64,000 nucleotides of DNA from contig CALWGY010000007.1 of the NCBI GenBank assembly GCA_944380265.1, forward strand, positions 230-64,229, read 5' to 3'. Positions 18,332 to 27,653 of this stretch are shown here, piece after piece. Source of the stretch: an uncultured Clostridia bacterium. Lineage in GTDB: Bacteria > Bacillota > Clostridia > Christensenellales > UBA1242. Under the pieces are notes generated by a model. It was given only the letters and a program-made list of their open reading frames with translations, did not search any database and was not told the DNA's origin. Position 1 is the first letter of the stretch. Each line of letters opens with the position of its first letter. Position numbers and translations under genes: made by a program.

Positions 18332-19840
18332 TTATAAAATTTCCAAGTTTTTGTTGTATGCACGTTTAAAATCTGTTGTTGAATATTTTGCTTGTTTAAT
18401 TTCAAGTGGAACTTCGCCTTTTGTTATGGTTTTCATAATAACACTGTCACCCAAAATGTCACAACTAATGTCAACAACATTGCCAAACTTTGTGCAATCC
18501 AAACTTGATGCAATTTGCAAAATTACAGCCAATTTTTTAACAGCGTCAAGGTCGGCATCAGTAACCAAATCTTTATATTTAACCCAATCAGATAAGTTAA
18601 AGTTGTCAACATCACGCATAAGTGATGTGAATGCTGCAAGCACAAGTTCCTGATGGCTAACACCATAAATTTGCGAGTTTAAAATAATGTTAAAACTAAT
18701 TTTTTCTGGATTATCGTTTGTAACACGCAAACCCGAAGCATACATATAACTTGCAACTCTTAAAACTCGAACATAACTTCTGTTAAGTTTGTGTAAAACT
18801 TTTAATTGTTTAAACAATATCATACTTAAATTGTAAACATGTTCTGCATTGTTTGGTTTTTTATCATAAAACTCATTTAAAATTTGCAAACTATAACCCA
18901 AATTATCACTAATTGGTTTTTCTAGTGTTAAAGGCAAAACATGATTTAACAAAATTCCATGGGTTAGTCCAGTTTTGCTAATTGCTAAGCAATCTTTGTT
19001 GCAATTTGATGTTATTGCAGAAATAATTGCAAGCCCTGCTGGCAAATTTTTTGTATTTTCAGCTGAAACGCCTTTAATTTTAGAATTTTTGGTTATATCT
19101 AAACCTGAAACAACAGCATAAACTTTTTCAACATCTTCTTTTAAAAGTGAATAGTTGTGTTCAATTTGTAATGGATATTTTTTTGCTCGGCGACTAACTT
19201 CGCCCAAACTTAAAAACACATCGCCTGCACCAATAATTTCATATTCTTCATCCAAGTCGAAAATCCAGTTTTGGTCTTTAAGTTCGTTGTAAACAAAGTT
19301 TTTTGCTTCGTTCATTAAGTCTTTTGTGGATTTTCCTTCAAACTTTTCAGTTAAGTTAACTGAACCAAATGGCAAAATGAATGTGTTTAAAATGTTTCTT
19401 CTGTTATAAAGCAAAATTTCAGTGTTATAATTTGTAACGTTAACAATTAATGCTTTTGGTTTGTTAAACGAATTAATAACTGCTGTGTAAACATAATTAA
19501 TTTCTTGTTCTGGTGTTAAAATGTTAAATTTTAAATTTGTGATGCTAAAAATTTCATTTAAAAAGCCATTTTGATTTTTTGCTTCGTTAATTTTGCTTGT
19601 TGCCACGCAAATTGTTTCCAAAATGCCTTGTTCATCAATCATCTTTTTAAACACTGACAAAACACAAACAACTTCTTTTATAATTGTTGATTTAATTATG
19701 TTTTCATCATTAAAATCTTTCATTAAATTAACTGGAACACTTACATGGTCATAAATCAAAAATGATTTGTTTTTAATAACATCAGCAAAAATTAATTTAA
19801 CTTCTGTTGTGTTTAATTCTATAATTGCTACCTTATCCAA
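18332..19840 (-). CDS. Ppx/GppA-family protein with C-terminal HD-like domain, degenerate motifs
   Basis: Ppx layout (ICVATS, LTPEQEI, LPFGSV, IGAG, GLTHGIL, AEHVYNLS). Start re-assigned to TTG 19840 behind AGGAG. Confidence 0.8.
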   Translation of the reverse strand: MDKVAIIELNTTEVKLIFADVIKNKSFLIYDHVSVPVNLMKDFNDENIIKSTIIKEVVCVLSVFKKMIDEQGILETICVATSKINEAKNQNGFLNEIFSITNLKFNILTPEQEINYVYTAVINSFNKPKALIVNVTNYNTEILLYNRRNILNTFILPFGSVNLTEKFEGKSTKDLMNEAKNFVYNELKDQNWIFDLDEEYEIIGAGDVFLSLGEVSRRAKKYPLQIEHNYSLLKEDVEKVYAVVSGLDITKNSKIKGVSAENTKNLPAGLAIISAITSNCNKDCLAISKTGLTHGILLNHVLPLTLEKPISDNLGYSLQILNEFYDKKPNNAEHVYNLSMILFKQLKVLHKLNRSYVRVLRVASYMYASGLRVTNDNPEKISFNIILNSQIYGVSHQELVLAAFTSLMRDVDNFNLSDWVKYKDLVTDADLDAVKKLAVILQIASSLDCTKFGNVVDISCDILGDSVIMKTITKGEVPLEIKQAKYSTTDFKRAYNKNLEIL

Positions 19841-20019
19841 TATCAACACTCCTTGAATTTTTAATTTTGCTTTTCCACCACAAAACAAAATCAAGTTTTT
19901 AACTACTATAATATACCATAAATAAAACTTTTTGTATAGATACTTTTGTGAATTTGCATAAAAAAATTAACTTGTAAAATTTTACAAATTAATTTTAAAA
20001 CAATAATTCAAACAACAAA

Positions 20020-20193
20020 CTATTGAAGTTTGATTGCTTGAACTGGGCAAGTTGCAACACATGCTCCACAAGAAATGCATTTTTGTGGGTCGATTTGTGC
20101 AACACCATCTTTTAAAACAATTGCTTCAACTGGGCAAGTTGCAACACATGCTCCACAACCCACGCAAATTTTTTTATCTGCTACTGCTGCCAT
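20020..20193 (-). CDS. 2x[4Fe-4S] ferredoxin (57 aa, not in ORF track)
   Basis: MAAVADKKICVGCGACVATCPVEAIVLKDGVAQIDPQKCISCGACVATCPVQAIKLQ*; two CxxCxxCxxxCP motifs; AAGGAG RBS. Confidence 0.95.
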   Translation of the reverse strand: MAAVADKKICVGCGACVATCPVEAIVLKDGVAQIDPQKCISCGACVATCPVQAIKLQ

Positions 20194-20656
20194 TTGTTTT
20201 TCTCCTTATGTTTAAAACTAAACAAAGTATAGCACAAATAAAAATTTTGAGCAATAAATTAAATCAAAACACAAAAATTGAATAAATTTTTTTTTAATTT
20301 TTTGCACCAAATCATAATTCAAAATAGCAACAAATTACAACTTTATTTAACAAAAAATAATATTTTAAAAAACACTAAACTTTAAATTAAAAACACACCA
20401 ACCCATAATTTTGTTGGTTAGTTATATTATAATTAAAACTTGCATTACTTGTTTTTAACATTAAAACAGCCCATTAAAATTTTTTATAAAAAACTTTTAA
20501 ACAAGAAAAAAACAATATAAAAATTGCTTTTATAAATTTGTTAATGTTGTTATTGTTAAATTAAACAAATAACAAAGTTTAACTTAGTTTTTATAAGTTT
20601 GCATAGTAGTATTCAAACACAAAATTATGTTTAAATAAAGGCATTTTATTATGTTT

Positions 20657-21085
20657 TTATTTTTCACATTTAAAAACTTTTGTTTTTTCAATTTTAACGT
20701 ATTTTTTCTTTTTATTTTTAACAATCTGAATAATTGTTTGTGCTATTTGCATAACCCCAATTATTAGCAAAAACACACCAAACAAAATTTTTAATGTTTT
20801 GTTGTTTGTGCTAACAGCCAAAAAACTTGCACCAACACTTGCCAAAATTCCTGTTATTATAATTGGCAAACCAATTTTAAAATCAACCAGTTTGTTTTTT
20901 ATGTGAATTAGCAAACTAACAACGGCACATGGCAAAAACGCAAGCAAGTTAATTCCTTGTGCTTGTTTTTGTGAAATACTAAAAAATATTGTTAAAATTG
21001 GAATTAAAAGTGTTCCACCACCCATGCCCATTCCTGCAACAACTCCACTTAAAATTCCTGCAACAATAAACCATAACCAATCCAT
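20657..21085 (-). CDS. TauE/SafE (TSUP) family half-transporter
   Basis: GMGMGGGTLLIP, QAQGINL; four TM segments. Confidence 0.85.
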   Translation of the reverse strand: MDWLWFIVAGILSGVVAGMGMGGGTLLIPILTIFFSISQKQAQGINLLAFLPCAVVSLLIHIKNKLVDFKIGLPIIITGILASVGASFLAVSTNNKTLKILFGVFLLIIGVMQIAQTIIQIVKNKKKKYVKIEKTKVFKCEK

Positions 21086-21097
21086 AATTTATCCTTT

Positions 21098-21793
21098 TTA
21101 AATTAACATTTTAATTGCCCCTGCAATTATTACCAAACTAAATATAATCCGTAAAAACACATTATTAATTTTCTTTAAAATCAATGCACCAGCAATGCCA
21201 CCAACAACAAATCCACCCGAAACAAATGCTGCTGTTTGCCATTCAATTGTTCCTTTTAGCATGTAAACCACAAAACTTGCAATGCTAAGTGGCAACATAA
21301 TTAAAATGGTTGTTGCGTGTGCTTTTTTGTCTGGCATTTTTAAAAGCATGGTTAATGTTGGAACGCAAATCATTCCACCACCACCGCCCCAAAACCCGTT
21401 AATAAAACCAATGAATAATCCGATTATTAACAAGTAAACACCTTTTAAAATTTTGCTTTTATGTTTTACCAAATAAAAAACATTTTTGCTTTTTAAATTT
21501 TTGTTAAAAAGTTGTTTTGTTTTAAAGTTTGCCACCACATAAAATTGGTTAAGTGTTGTTTTGTTCATTTTTTTGTGAACTTTTAGTTTTGCACCATTTT
21601 TTTGTTTTAAATTTTTAACCACAACTTGCGCATTTACCCTGTTTGCTTTAAAACAAACTTTAATTCCGCCACTGTTTTTTAACATTGGTTTTAACTTTAC
21701 GGTTTTAAACTTAAATTTTTTTTCATCTAAGTTTTTTGTGGGTTTTTCTATTAACTTTTTTTTAAATAATTTGGTTTGTTTTGTTTTTTCCAT
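21098..21793 (-). CDS. TauE/SafE family half-transporter with a Lys-rich N-terminal region
   Basis: GFINGFWGGGGGMICVP, KKAHATT; alternative TTG start at 21433 behind AAAGGTG. Confidence 0.8.
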   Translation of the reverse strand: MEKTKQTKLFKKKLIEKPTKNLDEKKFKFKTVKLKPMLKNSGGIKVCFKANRVNAQVVVKNLKQKNGAKLKVHKKMNKTTLNQFYVVANFKTKQLFNKNLKSKNVFYLVKHKSKILKGVYLLIIGLFIGFINGFWGGGGGMICVPTLTMLLKMPDKKAHATTILIMLPLSIASFVVYMLKGTIEWQTAAFVSGGFVVGGIAGALILKKINNVFLRIIFSLVIIAGAIKMLI

Positions 21794-22035
21794 GTTTTTA
21801 TTTTGTGTAAAACTTAATTTGCTATGAGTAAAAATTTAAAAAAAGAATATACTAAACTTAGTTACCAAATTTTACCAATAAATTAAACTTTACAAATGTT
21901 TAAAATCTAGCATGAAAAATACATGTGATAACTGATATATATTTAAAATTAGTTGCGTGCAAGCCCAATTTTTTATATAATACTAATTGTTTATAAATAT
22001 ATATTATTACTAAAATTTAAAAAGCATGGTGAATT

Positions 22036-25000
22036 ATGAAAACTAAGAACAAAAAATACAAATTTAAACGATTTTTGGTTGGAGGAATGTTGGCGTTAAG
22101 TGTGTTTAGCACTTCTTTTTTAGTGTCTAATTTTGAAAATAATCGCTTTAATGCCCCAGTTTTTGCAAACTATCAACAAGTTCAAACATCAATTTCTAAC
22201 AGCGACTTTTCTTCTTATAGCACATCAACCGACCCATACACTCCTAACAACTGGACTTTTGAAAATCCACTAAGCAATGAAAGCATAAAATATGGTGTAA
22301 TTAATGTTTACGACACTGTTTTCCCAGATAAAATGTCGGATTATGAACTAACCCAAAATCCTGGTGTTCCTGCTGGAAACCCAACACAAGGTTCATCTGA
22401 CCCACTTTACAAACACCTAATGATTAACAGTTATGCAGGTTTTGGCAGAGCGGGCTACACAAGCAGCAGTTTCACACTTGATTCAAACAGTTACTACTCA
22501 ATAACAATAACCTTAAAAACTTCCGACCAAGCACAAGCCTCGGTTTATTTAAGTGGTTTATCAAAAGAAGATGTTAATGCTGAAATTACAAACATCACAA
22601 CTTTTGGTTCTTGGGAAACATACACAATTTTTGTTGAAACCGATGAATTCACTTCCGAAACTGCAACACTAGAATTGTGGCTTGGAAGCAAAGAACAAAA
22701 CGACACTTGCCAAGGTTATGCCCTATTTAACAAAGTTACTTTAACAAAATATAGCGAATCAACATACAGAAAAAATTTAGACAATGCCGACAAAAACCTT
22801 TCAAAAACAGTTTCACTATTCACCCCTACTTATGTTGATTTAATTAACAACCCTAACTTCAACGAAAACGCAAGTTCAGAAACCCCAAATGTTATTAATG
22901 GTTGGGAAATTGTTGAAGGCACAAACGATGAAACACAAATGTTAAAAGTTGTTTCAACATCAAACTATAATGCAAGCATCGACACAGCTTCTGGAATTGC
23001 AAACCCAGGCACAAACTTTAAATCTGACGACAGTGATGTGCTATTCATTTACAACAAAGAAAGTGGCACACAAGCAATAAAATCAAACGAATTCACCATT
23101 GAACAAAACCAACTTTACATGATTTCTGTTTGGGTAAAATCTGATTGTGGCGTTGGCAGTGGTGCAACTTTAAAAGTTGAAGAAGTTGATGAACGCACCG
23201 ATGAAGAAAAAGAAGAAGATGATGAATTTACACCAAATTCAGCAACCTTAACCACAGCAACATCAATAACAACAAACGCAACCACAAACAACTGGACTCA
23301 ATACAAAATTTTTGTTGAAGGTCACCCATTAAAAAACACAAAGGCAACCCTTCAAATTTGGTTGGGAACAGAAGATGCTAAAACCGAAGGTTATGCTTTT
23401 ATTGACGATATTTCAGTTCAAAAAATAAGTTACACAACCTACACAAACGGTTCAACAAGTGGAACAAATGCAACCTACACATTTAACACAAATAACACAC
23501 AATTTGTGGTTGCAAACGGAAACTTTAATGTAACACAAAAAACAGAAAACGAACTAACCTACCCTTTAAATGCCACAAACTGGACAAACACAGTTGATGA
23601 TGAAAATTATTCCGAACAAAATTTAAGTGGCATTATTAACACAAAAAACAGTGAATTTGAAAAATTAAATCAAACAATTAAAGATAAAAACTTGGGCGTT
23701 GTTGTTTCAAATCCAGGATTAACACCTGCACAACAAATTAGTGGTGCAACACTAGAAACTTCAAGCAACAATGTTTTAATGATTGGAAACACCGTTCAAA
23801 CTTCACAAAACTTTAAATCTGATAATTTCACATTAACAGCATCAAATTATTATAAAATTTCAATGCTTGTTAACACTCAATTTATTGAACCACAAAATTC
23901 TGATGATAACACAGGTGTTCAAATTAAATTTGCAAACGACACATTCACTGCCCTAAACCTTCAAAACATTAACACTTATGGTGAATGGAAACGAATTAAT
24001 TTGTATGTTCACATTGGAACAACTTTTGTTGATTACAACTTAACTTTTGCACTAAACAATGTTCAAGGCTTTGCATTCTTTGATGATGTGTTTGCCTTTG
24101 ATTCAACAGAAGAAGAGTTTAATGCAGCAAAAGGAACCAACGAATATAAAGTTGATTTGGCAGTTGAAATGAACGACACTTTTGATGTTAACTCAAACAG
24201 TGGTTCTGCCCTAAACGAACTTTACAACTGGACAGCAACAAATCACACAGAAATAGATTCTGTAACCTATGGTGCACTAGACACCAGCAAAGACACAAGC
24301 ACTGTGTTTGCTGGAATTAGCAATCCTGGTGCAACAACAGGCAACAATGTTTTGGCAATTCGAAGCAATGTTGACACATACTTCACTTTAAAAGCATCAC
24401 AAGCAATTGATTTAAGTGTTGATGGATATTATAAAATAACAGTTCAAGTTAAAACCGTTAACATTTCACAAGAAGAACACAAATATGACGACGAAGGCAA
24501 CATGATTGAATTTGGTGCAACAATTTCATTAGATGGCTTTGACAAATCATTTAATGCAATTAACACCCAAAAAGATGATGTTACTGGTTATGCAACTTAC
24601 ACATTCTACATCAAACCAACCGAAGACCTTAAAACTTATGTTCAACTTGGTTTGGGTGCAGAAGACAATTTGGCAAGCGGATATGTGTTCTTTGATGACG
24701 TTGTTGTAACTCAATTTGAAAGCGAAGCCGCATACAACGAAGCAGTTTCAACCGATCAAAGCAAACGTTCGTTAATTTTGTCAGAACAAACAACAACAGA
24801 TGATGATGGCACAACTGGTGATGAAGACACCTTTGTTGGAAACGAATTTAACTGGGTTATTGTTCCATCAGTGCTTTTAAGTTTGGCAATTATTATTGCA
24901 ATTGTTGGAACAACTGTTAGAAAGTTTAAATTTACAAAACAACCAAAAATTAAAACAAAATATGACAGAAGAAAAACTGTTGAAGTTGATTTAAGCAAAC

Positions 25001-25776
25001 GTGAAAGAATTGAATTAAGACAAGAAATTATTGCAGAACTTAATGCAGAATATGGCGAAATTGGTGCAGAAATTGAAAAACTAGCAAATGACTTTGCCGC
25101 TGAAAAAGAAAGAATTAACAAACTTCACGAAGAAAAACTTAAAGCGTATGAAGAAATTAAGCAAGCAATTATTATTGAACGTGAAAAAGCAACCAGAGAA
25201 TACAACAACAAACTTGCAACAACTGAAAACTTGACCGAAGCACAAAAATCAAAATTTGAAAAAGAATTTAAAGCATACATTGCAAAACTTGATAAACGTG
25301 CAAACGATGAAGCTAAAAAGGTTACAAGAAAAGACCGTGAACTTGAAGTTGCTGAAGCAAAACATGTTCAAAAAGTTAAAGTTTTAACTGAAAGACAAAA
25401 ATATATTCAAGAAGAAATTGCAAGAATTGAACGCGAAATTGAAGAAATTGCTAAACAAGAAGAAATTATGTGGAACGAATATAGGCGTGCAAAAGAAGAA
25501 GCTAAAAAACAAAAACTAGAATATTTAGCACAAAGACGCAAAGAAAAAGAAGAAAACAAGGCTAAAAAACAAGCCGCTAAACTAGAAGAAAACAAAACTG
25601 ATTTAAATTCAAGCACCGCCGAACAAAAAACTGATGAAGAAAAACCACAAAGCGAAAGCGATGAAGTAAACAACGAAAACAACAATTCTGATAAAGTTGA
25701 AAACAGTTCTGAACCTGTTGAACCTGCAAAAAATAGTTCTTCAAATAATGAAGACAACAATTCTTCAAATGAATAA
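22036..25776 (+). CDS. Large type-I membrane protein: signal peptide, ~4 CBM4/9-like beta-sandwich repeats, one TM helix, cytoplasmic coiled coil
   Basis: Repeated NxxF...W...NPG...LxI...YxI...W...Y...FDDV pattern; TM WVIVPSVLLSLAIIIAIVG; E/K-rich tail. Confidence 0.75.
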   Translation: MKTKNKKYKFKRFLVGGMLALSVFSTSFLVSNFENNRFNAPVFANYQQVQTSISNSDFSSYSTSTDPYTPNNWTFENPLSNESIKYGVINVYDTVFPDKMSDYELTQNPGVPAGNPTQGSSDPLYKHLMINSYAGFGRAGYTSSSFTLDSNSYYSITITLKTSDQAQASVYLSGLSKEDVNAEITNITTFGSWETYTIFVETDEFTSETATLELWLGSKEQNDTCQGYALFNKVTLTKYSESTYRKNLDNADKNLSKTVSLFTPTYVDLINNPNFNENASSETPNVINGWEIVEGTNDETQMLKVVSTSNYNASIDTASGIANPGTNFKSDDSDVLFIYNKESGTQAIKSNEFTIEQNQLYMISVWVKSDCGVGSGATLKVEEVDERTDEEKEEDDEFTPNSATLTTATSITTNATTNNWTQYKIFVEGHPLKNTKATLQIWLGTEDAKTEGYAFIDDISVQKISYTTYTNGSTSGTNATYTFNTNNTQFVVANGNFNVTQKTENELTYPLNATNWTNTVDDENYSEQNLSGIINTKNSEFEKLNQTIKDKNLGVVVSNPGLTPAQQISGATLETSSNNVLMIGNTVQTSQNFKSDNFTLTASNYYKISMLVNTQFIEPQNSDDNTGVQIKFANDTFTALNLQNINTYGEWKRINLYVHIGTTFVDYNLTFALNNVQGFAFFDDVFAFDSTEEEFNAAKGTNEYKVDLAVEMNDTFDVNSNSGSALNELYNWTATNHTEIDSVTYGALDTSKDTSTVFAGISNPGATTGNNVLAIRSNVDTYFTLKASQAIDLSVDGYYKITVQVKTVNISQEEHKYDDEGNMIEFGATISLDGFDKSFNAINTQKDDVTGYATYTFYIKPTEDLKTYVQLGLGAEDNLASGYVFFDDVVVTQFESEAAYNEAVSTDQSKRSLILSEQTTTDDDGTTGDEDTFVGNEFNWVIVPSVLLSLAIIIAIVGTTVRKFKFTKQPKIKTKYDRRKTVEVDLSKRERIELRQEIIAELNAEYGEIGAEIEKLANDFAAEKERINKLHEEKLKAYEEIKQAIIIEREKATREYNNKLATTENLTEAQKSKFEKEFKAYIAKLDKRANDEAKKVTRKDRELEVAEAKHVQKVKVLTERQKYIQEEIARIEREIEEIAKQEEIMWNEYRRAKEEAKKQKLEYLAQRRKEKEENKAKKQAAKLEENKTDLNSSTAEQKTDEEKPQSESDEVNNENNNSDKVENSSEPVEPAKNSSSNNEDNNSSNE

Positions 25777-25787
25777 CAATAACAACA

Positions 25788-25816
25788 AAAAAAACCACCA
25801 AAATGGTGGTTTTTTT
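25788..25816. terminator. Bidirectional terminator
   Basis: AAAAAAACCACCA-AAA-TGGTGGTTTTTTT between convergent genes. Confidence 0.85.
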
Positions 25817-25863
25817 AATTTAATTTTTATTTGCATGCAATAAAATTAATTTATTGTTAAAAA

Positions 25864-26946
25864 TTAAATTAACTTAATGTAAGCAACACGTTTTTTGTGT
25901 TTTATGTGTTCAAATTTTTCAACCAATTTTTTACCAAATTCATCAAAAATTATTGGGTTTGTGTTTGCAGTTGTTATGTTATATTTTCTAAATCCCAACA
26001 AAAGTTTGCTTGCAATAAGTTCTTCAATTCCTGCATTTTGATGTTTTGGACTAACGCAAACAAACAAAATTTCCGCATAATTCGGTTTTTGAAACGACTT
26101 AATCATTTTAAAACTTTGCATTGAAAGCAAACTTCCTTTGCTTTTTTTAAGTTCCTTTGCAATGCCCGGAATTGCAAGACCAAACCCAACAACATTGTTT
26201 TGTTTGTCCACAACAATGCTAATAAAATTCAAATTAATTAAAAACTTAAATGTGTTAATTAATTTTTCTTTAAGTTTTGGAGTTATTGGCACTGCCCCAT
26301 AAACAGGAATATAACATTCATTAATCAAATCAAAAACTTGTGTTTTATATTTCTTTAATAATGTTCCAGCATGTTTTGTTTTAACATTAAAAAAATCATC
26401 TGTTTCAAGTTTTATGTTAAATGTGTTTGGTTCCATAATTTTGCATTCAACAAAACTTGCTTCTGGTGTGTAACCGCACTTTTCAATTAAAGTTTTGTAA
26501 TATGGAAAATTATATTGTGTAATAATGTTCCCTTCTTTGTTAAAGTCAGAAACCTGAACGCCCATTTTTTCTAGGTCATTAAAACCCATTGGACCATGAA
26601 CACAATTCATACCATTGTTTTTTGCCCACTCTTCAATTTTAGAAAATAATGCTTGTGCCACTTCAAAACTGTTAATGCAATCAAATCTTGTAAACCTAAC
26701 ACGCTTTTGGTCGGTTTTTTCGTTGTATAAATTATGTATTATTCCGCCAATTCTGCCAACCACAATTCCGTTTTGTTTTGCCAAATAAAACACGCATTTT
26801 TCATCTTGCGAATTATTATTAAAAATTGATAGTTCCGAAATTTTTAAACTTGGAACATAATATTTGCAATCTTTATAAAGATTTATTGGAAAATTAACAA
26901 ACTCGTGTTTTTGTTTGTTAGTTTTAACCTCTAAAATTTCAATCAT
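25864..26946 (-). CDS. GNAT-fold N-acetyltransferase (YghO-like)
   Basis: VGRIGGII, RFTRFDCIN, EEWAK..GM..VHGPMGFNDL, YNFPYY. Confidence 0.75.
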   Translation of the reverse strand: MIEILEVKTNKQKHEFVNFPINLYKDCKYYVPSLKISELSIFNNNSQDEKCVFYLAKQNGIVVGRIGGIIHNLYNEKTDQKRVRFTRFDCINSFEVAQALFSKIEEWAKNNGMNCVHGPMGFNDLEKMGVQVSDFNKEGNIITQYNFPYYKTLIEKCGYTPEASFVECKIMEPNTFNIKLETDDFFNVKTKHAGTLLKKYKTQVFDLINECYIPVYGAVPITPKLKEKLINTFKFLINLNFISIVVDKQNNVVGFGLAIPGIAKELKKSKGSLLSMQSFKMIKSFQKPNYAEILFVCVSPKHQNAGIEELIASKLLLGFRKYNITTANTNPIIFDEFGKKLVEKFEHIKHKKRVAYIKLI

Positions 26947-27110
26947 TAAATTATCACCTAAATTGAATATATAACCAAAAATTCAGCATTTGCTAAACTT
27001 AATTTTTTTAAATTTTATACTTAACATAGTGTATTATTTTTTTTAAATATAGTCAATTTTTTAAATTAAACACAAACATTTTTGGTTACTTTTAACATTG
27101 AATAAAAATT

Positions 27111-27545
27111 TTACAACTTTATCATCTGTCCAATAAACAATTTTTCAGTTTTTAAATTGTTCTTTTTAATAATTTCTTCCTTGCTTACGTTAAATTTGGA
27201 GCAAATTGAATTTAATGTATCAAGCACACCAACAACAAAAATTTCGTTGTTTTTTGGTTTAAACAAACACACCGGTTCTTTTGAGTTGTTGCAATATAAC
27301 CCCAACTTTGAAAAGTTGCTTTTAACACTTTCAGCATTCCCTTTAAAAACAAATTCTCGCTTTAAATTTGCAATAATTTTAAATTCTGTTTTTTGTTCGG
27401 GAATTTCGAGCACACTTGGCAAGTTATTTGTTATGTTGTTGTGTTTAATAAGTTGTGAGGCACTAACATTAAATTTTTGTGCAATGCTTTCAATTGTGTC
27501 AAATTTTTCAACATTATATAAAATTTTCATAAAACACTTCTCCAT
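27111..27545 (-). CDS. LysM-domain protein (two LysM)
   Basis: YNVEKFDTIESIAQKFNVS and VVGVLDTLNSICSKFNVS...LFIGQMI. Confidence 0.8.
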   Translation of the reverse strand: MEKCFMKILYNVEKFDTIESIAQKFNVSASQLIKHNNITNNLPSVLEIPEQKTEFKIIANLKREFVFKGNAESVKSNFSKLGLYCNNSKEPVCLFKPKNNEIFVVGVLDTLNSICSKFNVSKEEIIKKNNLKTEKLFIGQMIKL

Positions 27546-27653
27546 TATAAAATATATATGCCATTATTAAAAATTTTTTGATTTTTTTATTTTAATTTGT
27601 CAAGTTTAGGAACTTTTAATAATAAACATATAAAAAAGTTTTGAGGTGTAAAC

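Noticed and set aside
20034-20285. 83-aa + strand ORF with a repeated peptide, or a mini-CRISPR
   Set aside because: It is the antisense shadow of the ferredoxin's two cluster motifs
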